NCBI GenBank assembly: GCA_009925685.1
Contig: RFYG01000002.1
Coordinates: 1-41,789 of the forward strand
Reading direction: 5' to 3'
Source: Pseudomonadota bacterium
GTDB taxonomy: Bacteria > Pseudomonadota > Alphaproteobacteria > Rickettsiales > UBA1997
DNA: 41,789 nucleotides
The notes under the pieces are model-generated. The model searched no databases. It was not told where the DNA came from and saw only the letters and a program-made list of their open reading frames with translations. Positions 37,289-41,789 of this stretch are shown piece by piece. Made by a program: the position numbers and the translations under genes. How positions within the stretch are numbered: position 1 is the first letter of the stretch; the number at the start of each line of letters is the position of its first letter.

Positions 37289-38385
37289 AGTCAATTCGCT
37301 TGCTTTTAAAAGTCATCAATATTGCATTTGTGAAAATTTCTGAACTTATCAATCAACAATTATTTTCTGAAAATTCTGGTTATTACAAAACCAAAAATCC
37401 AATCGGTAAATCTGCCGACTTCATAACGGCGCCTGAAATTTCGCAAATTTTTGGTGAAGTGGTGGCAAGTTATTTATTAGAAATCTCTAAATCGACAACT
37501 TCAAAAATTTCTTTAGTAGAAATGGGCGCGGGCAGGGGCATATGGTTTAGAGATATATTAAAAACAATAAATTTTTTAGCCCAAAAAAAAATATCCATCG
37601 CACAAAAATTTATCGAAAAAAGCACTTTTCATATCATCGAAATTAATCCTCATTTAAAAGCGATTCAGCAACAAAATTTAGGTGATTATAAGGTTTTTTG
37701 GCATGATAATTTTGAAAATTTCAAAAGCGCTTCAGAACTTGATTTGGGCGGTGAAATATATTTTTTATCGAATGAGCTTTTAGATTGTTTTGCGATTGAT
37801 CAATTTGTTAAAACCAAAGATGGTTGGCAAGAAAGATTGATCAATTTTAGTGATAAGCAAAACTTATCAGAACCGCAATTTGTAATAAGAAATACTGATA
37901 AATTAATTCACACTTTTGTTGAATCTCAGCTCGGAAAAGATTTGTCGGAATCTGCCCCATTTGGAGCCATTTATGAATATTCAAAATCAGCGCAAACCTT
38001 TATTTCTAAGCTTTTTGAAGCAATTAATCATCGTGGCGGTCTCGCTATAAATATTGATTACGGATATTTTTCTTATGATTTTGCCAACACATTACAAACG
38101 GTGCGCAATCATCAAAAAATTCCTTTCTTTGAAGGATTAAAAAATGCTGATATTACGGCGCTGGTTGATTTTGTTGCTGTCGATAAAATCGCCAAAGCGC
38201 ACAACCTTAATTCATCTCTAATTAGTCAAAATCAGTTCTTGTTAGAGCTTGGAGCCAAGGAGCGCCTTGAAAATCTCGCGCAATTAAATCCCGCCAAAAA
38301 TGATGAATTACGAAGCGCTTTTCATAGACTTGTTGATCCCGAGCAAATGGGCGATTTGTTCAAAGTTCATATTGCTTGGAGATAG
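37273..38385 (+). CDS. SAM-dependent methyltransferase, MidA / NDUFAF7 (DUF185) family
   Basis: The protein is 370 aa. It has GYY....DFITAPEISQIFGE and VEMGAGRG. The only in-frame start upstream of these motifs is the TTG at 37273, which overlaps the end of hisH by 16 nt. The exact start is uncertain. Confidence 0.78.
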   Translation: MAPSIESIRLLLKVINIAFVKISELINQQLFSENSGYYKTKNPIGKSADFITAPEISQIFGEVVASYLLEISKSTTSKISLVEMGAGRGIWFRDILKTINFLAQKKISIAQKFIEKSTFHIIEINPHLKAIQQQNLGDYKVFWHDNFENFKSASELDLGGEIYFLSNELLDCFAIDQFVKTKDGWQERLINFSDKQNLSEPQFVIRNTDKLIHTFVESQLGKDLSESAPFGAIYEYSKSAQTFISKLFEAINHRGGLAINIDYGYFSYDFANTLQTVRNHQKIPFFEGLKNADITALVDFVAVDKIAKAHNLNSSLISQNQFLLELGAKERLENLAQLNPAKNDELRSAFHRLVDPEQMGDLFKVHIAWR

Positions 38386-38470
38386 CTTGGGCCGATTTAA
38401 TGTTTGATTTCTATTCGTCGAAAATTAAAATTATCGCACAAATATCAAATTCCATGATAAATTCTCATCT

Positions 38471-39499
38471 ATGATAAATTCTTCGGCGCAATATTCTAAA
38501 AATGTTCCAAAATTCAGCAATTCAGAAGAGCATAATTCAGAGGGGCGCGACAATTACCATCCTCGAGACAATTGGCAGGTTGCACAAGTTCTTGAATATT
38601 TTAATATGCCCTTTAATGACTTGATATTCAAGGCGTCGCAAATTCATCGCCAATTTCATAATCCCAACGAAGTTCAAATTAGTACGCTTTTGAGTATTAA
38701 AACTGGGGGCTGTCCAGAAAATTGCAAATATTGTCCGCAATCTGCTCACTACGATACCGGACTCGAAAAACAGGGTTTGATGCCAACCAAAAAAATTGTT
38801 GAAAGCGCTAAAAATGCTCAAAAAGCAGGGGCAACTCGATTTTGTATGGGCGCGGCATGGCGCAGTCTTCACGATCGCGATGTTGAAAAAATTTGTGAAA
38901 TTGTCGAGGCGGTCAAGGCTACTGGCATGGAAACTTGCATGACACTTGGAATGCTTAGTCAAAAACAAAGTCAAAAACTTAAAGAAGCGGGCTTAGATTA
39001 TTATAATCACAATATTGATTCATCTGAAGAATTTTATTCAGAAATAATTTCTACACGAAATTTTGAAGATCGTTTAAATACATTAAAGAACGTGCGCGAA
39101 TCTGGAATGAGCGTTTGTTCGGGAGGGATTGTCGGAATGGGAGAGTCGCGTGAAGATCGCGCTAAAATGCTTATCGTTTTAGCTAATTTACCAAAGCAAC
39201 CCGAGTCGGTGCCAATTAATATGCTGGTTCGTGTCAAAGGTACGCCACTTGAAAATATTGCGCCACTCGATCAATTTGAATTTATTCGCACCATCGCTAT
39301 TGCCAGAATTATGATGCCTAAATCAAAAGTTAGGCTTTCGGCTGGGCGCGAGGAAATGAACGAGCAAACTCAAGCTTTGTGTTTTTTTGCGGGAGCCAAT
39401 TCAATTTTTTATGGCGAAAAGTTGCTCACAACCGGCAATCCTGATTGCAAAAGAGATCAAGAATTATTTAGTAAACTCGGCATTGTTGCGCAAAATTAA
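38471..39499 (+). CDS. bioB: Biotin synthase (radical SAM)
   Basis: The protein is 342 aa. It has [19 protein letters not shown], the CxxxCxxC cluster motif, plus downstream blocks matching E. coli BioB. About 28 extra N-terminal residues precede the conserved W. Confidence 0.92.
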   Translation: MINSSAQYSKNVPKFSNSEEHNSEGRDNYHPRDNWQVAQVLEYFNMPFNDLIFKASQIHRQFHNPNEVQISTLLSIKTGGCPENCKYCPQSAHYDTGLEKQGLMPTKKIVESAKNAQKAGATRFCMGAAWRSLHDRDVEKICEIVEAVKATGMETCMTLGMLSQKQSQKLKEAGLDYYNHNIDSSEEFYSEIISTRNFEDRLNTLKNVRESGMSVCSGGIVGMGESREDRAKMLIVLANLPKQPESVPINMLVRVKGTPLENIAPLDQFEFIRTIAIARIMMPKSKVRLSAGREEMNEQTQALCFFAGANSIFYGEKLLTTGNPDCKRDQELFSKLGIVAQN

Positions 39500-39577
39500 G
39501 GCTCGCTTATGGCTACTTAGGTGGTTGCAAGGCTTGAATCTCTCAACTTTTTATTAACAATTAAAAAATTTAAATTT

Positions 39578-40042
39578 ATGTCAAATTACGAAAAAAAACT
39601 TACCGATATGGGCATTGTTTTGCCAACTCCTGCTTCGCCCGTTGCCAATTATGTTGGCTTTGTGAAATCCGGTAACATGATTTTTGTGTCGGGTCAGTTG
39701 CCAATTGAGGGTGGCAAGTTGCAAGGAATTGGTAAAGTTGGAAGTCAAATTTCGGTTGACGAAGCTAAAAAATGCGCAAGGTTATGCACCATCAATATTT
39801 TGGCGCAACTCAAAGTGGCCTGCGATGGTAATCTCGATCATGTTAAAAAATGCGTTAAGCTTGGTATTTTTGTCAACGCTGATCCTGACTTTAAAGACCA
39901 TCCCGCTGTTGCCAACGGTGCTTCGGATTTAATTGCCGAAACTTTTGGTGAGTCTGGCAAGCATGCTCGCGCTGCCGTCGGATCTGGCTCTCTGCCTTTT
40001 GGCGTTGCGGTTGAGGTTGATGCAATTTTTGAAATCCTTTAG
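39578..40042 (+). CDS. RidA / YjgF family protein
   Basis: The protein is 154 aa from the ATG at 39578 (MSNYEKKL...). It has YVGFVKSGNMIFVSGQLP and a C-terminal ARAAVGSGSLPFGVAVEVDAIFEI, typical of the Rid family. Confidence 0.85.
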   Translation: MSNYEKKLTDMGIVLPTPASPVANYVGFVKSGNMIFVSGQLPIEGGKLQGIGKVGSQISVDEAKKCARLCTINILAQLKVACDGNLDHVKKCVKLGIFVNADPDFKDHPAVANGASDLIAETFGESGKHARAAVGSGSLPFGVAVEVDAIFEIL

Positions 40043-40165
40043 AGATTCTTAAAAATAAATAGTGATTTGATATTTTTTTTGTTATTTTTTTTTGAGATAA
40101 CAAATCGTTCGAATTCGGTTGTCGATTGTTAAAATTTCATCAATATTTTCATTCAAACGCTTCGC

Positions 40166-40957
40166 ATGCTTATCCTCGACAAGACTTTAACAAATCTAAT
40201 TAAGCTTACCTTAGTTTCGTTAATAATTTTTTTACTTTTTTACGCAACTTCGTTGGTTTTGGATATTAAAATCAAAGAAAAAAGTTATATTTCACAAAAA
40301 ACTTTAAATGGTCGAGGAAGCGCTGAAATAAAAGCCATTCCCGATGTCGCCAATTTTATATTTACTGTAAAAAAATTAAAAAAAACCCTCAACGAGTCTC
40401 AGCAAGAAATGCAAGAAATAGCCAAAAAATCTCTCGAAGTTTTGGAAGAAAATGGCATAAATAAAAACGATATTAAGACCATAAATTACTCGACTTACCC
40501 CGAATATGACCGAACAAGCTTACCTTGCGATAAATCAGGTTGCCCACCTGTTAAAGAGGTCTTGAAAGGCTTTGTGGCCTTGCAAAGCTATTCTGTAAAG
40601 GTGCGAGAGATGTCCAAGGCTACAAAAATAATCAACGAGCTTATAAAGTCGGGAGTTGAAGAGGTTGGATCTTTAAGTTTTATAGTCGATTCAATTGAGA
40701 AAATAAAATACCAAGCGCGCATGCAAGCCATCATAAACGCTAAAAAAGAAGCCGAAGCCACTGCCAAATCACTCAAAGTCAAACTCAAAAAAATCATAAA
40801 ATATCATGATGAGGAAAATTATTATCAACCTTATGCCATGCAAAGAATGGCGGTGATGGCCGATCAAGGCTCTAATCCTAAGGGTTCGTATCCCGAAGTC
40901 CAACCGGGAGAAGAAATAGTCAGATCTTCGGTAGTTGTTACATTTGAATTTGAGTGA
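40166..40957 (+). CDS. SIMPL domain (DUF541, BP26/Omp28-like) periplasmic protein
   Basis: The protein is 263 aa with an N-terminal anchor. GRGSAEIKAIPDVANFIFTV opens the domain. The C-terminal AKKEAEATAKSL and the GEEIVRSSVVVTFEF strand are typical of SIMPL proteins. Confidence 0.72.
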   Translation: MLILDKTLTNLIKLTLVSLIIFLLFYATSLVLDIKIKEKSYISQKTLNGRGSAEIKAIPDVANFIFTVKKLKKTLNESQQEMQEIAKKSLEVLEENGINKNDIKTINYSTYPEYDRTSLPCDKSGCPPVKEVLKGFVALQSYSVKVREMSKATKIINELIKSGVEEVGSLSFIVDSIEKIKYQARMQAIINAKKEAEATAKSLKVKLKKIIKYHDEENYYQPYAMQRMAVMADQGSNPKGSYPEVQPGEEIVRSSVVVTFEFE

Positions 40958-41754
40958 TGAAAATAGTTTCGTGGAATATAAATTCTTTGCGCCTCAGAAT
41001 AGATTTAATCAGAAAATTTGTGAAAGATTTTCAACCCGATGTGGTGTGCTTGCAAGAGACAAAGGTTGCGAACAACGAATTTCCGTTATTAGAAATTAAG
41101 AGATTGGGCTTTGAGTTTGTTGAGTTTGACGGCGAAAAATCATATAATGGCGTGGCAATTTTGTCAAAATTTCCCATGAGCAATATCAATAAATTTGATA
41201 TACTTAATTATGGCCACAAAAGACACATTAGTGCCCAAATTGAATCGCCCGTTGGCGCGATTAATCTTCATAATTTTTATGTGCCGGCGGGAGGCGATAT
41301 TGCTGATGCAAGCCTAAATCCAAAGTTTGATCACAAACTAAAATTTGTTGATTGGATGAGCGAGTATTTTCATAAAAATAAATCTTCGAATACAATTATT
41401 TTAGGTGATTTTAATATCGCTCCAAGCCCTTTTGACGTTTGGTCTCATAAGCAATTATTAAATGTTGTATCCCATACTCCGGTTGAAGTCGAAAAGCTTT
41501 CAAATCTTCAACTTCTTGGCAATTTTGTCGATAGCCATCGCGCTATGGCAAGTGATAATGACAAGCTTTATAGCTGGTGGAGCTATAGAGCATTAAAGCC
41601 TTTTGAATCAAATAGAGGTAGAAGATTAGATCATATTTGGATAGAGGCTGGGGCCAAGAATATGTTGCGCGAAGCGCGCATTTATAAAAATTTTAGAACT
41701 GAAAATAATCCTTCCGATCACGTGCCTATTTCAATTTTGCTCGAGAGATGTTAA
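40957..41754 (+). CDS. xthA: Exodeoxyribonuclease III
   Basis: The protein is 265 aa from the ATG at 40957, in a TGATG overlap with the preceding stop. It has MKIVSWNINSLRLR, CLQETK, GDFNIAP and a C-terminal SDHVPI. The GTG at 40954 used by the ORF track is unnecessary. Confidence 0.93.
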   Translation: MKIVSWNINSLRLRIDLIRKFVKDFQPDVVCLQETKVANNEFPLLEIKRLGFEFVEFDGEKSYNGVAILSKFPMSNINKFDILNYGHKRHISAQIESPVGAINLHNFYVPAGGDIADASLNPKFDHKLKFVDWMSEYFHKNKSSNTIILGDFNIAPSPFDVWSHKQLLNVVSHTPVEVEKLSNLQLLGNFVDSHRAMASDNDKLYSWWSYRALKPFESNRGRRLDHIWIEAGAKNMLREARIYKNFRTENNPSDHVPISILLERC

Positions 41755-41789
41755 GACAATAGTCTTTTTTACTGAAGGCAACCCAGTAA

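Noticed and set aside
39521-39577. The GTG-started extension of the RidA ORF. The same issue applies to 31786-31827 for the bolA-like ORF and to the GTG at 40954 for xthA.
   Set aside because: The family-conserved N-termini begin at the internal ATGs (39578, 31828, 40957). The extensions add unconserved residues and, for bolA, run through the repeat field.

Overview
This is an AT-rich (roughly two-thirds A+T by eye), tightly packed window. It reads like core chromosome from a small-genome, probably host-associated alphaproteobacterium. The lineage markers are a fused ispDF, a stand-alone nuoF, a DUF2628-hisH pair, a membrane-anchored retropepsin-like protease and a SIMPL/BP26-like protein. 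I support about 46 CDS, 3 tRNAs (Arg-CCU, Thr-UGU and one with a CAU anticodon), several rho-independent terminators and a few repeats. I saw no rRNA, IS element, transposase, integrase, CRISPR array, recognisable defence or toxin-antitoxin module, or obvious pseudogene. Most genes are housekeeping: rpmB, lpdA, nadC, nuoF, ispDF, mrdA/mreD, tgt, eno, plsC, ispA, uvrA, hisC, hemE, clpXP, grpE, rpmI-rplT, hisH, bioB and xthA. Four things deserve a second look. (1) The 254-bp ORF-free spacer upstream of hemE (31574-31827) carries a dense field of TTATTAACA / TTATCAACA 9-mers that resemble DnaA boxes, and local gene orientation switches there, so it is a candidate oriC. (2) A three-gene operon (5941-9091) encodes a lipoprotein secretin, an ABC-2-like permease with no ATPase, and an unassignable membrane-anchored protein. 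No pilus, T2SS or T3SS partners are in the window. (3) A eukaryote-type ornithine decarboxylase and a deoxyhypusine-synthase-like gene sit directly upstream of an mreD-mrdA pair that lacks mreBC. (4) There are several small secreted proteins, including a Lys-rich one with a near-perfect 108-bp internal duplication, and a long structured leader in front of rpmI-rplT. All functional calls come from reading the translated ORFs against remembered family signatures. No database search was run.
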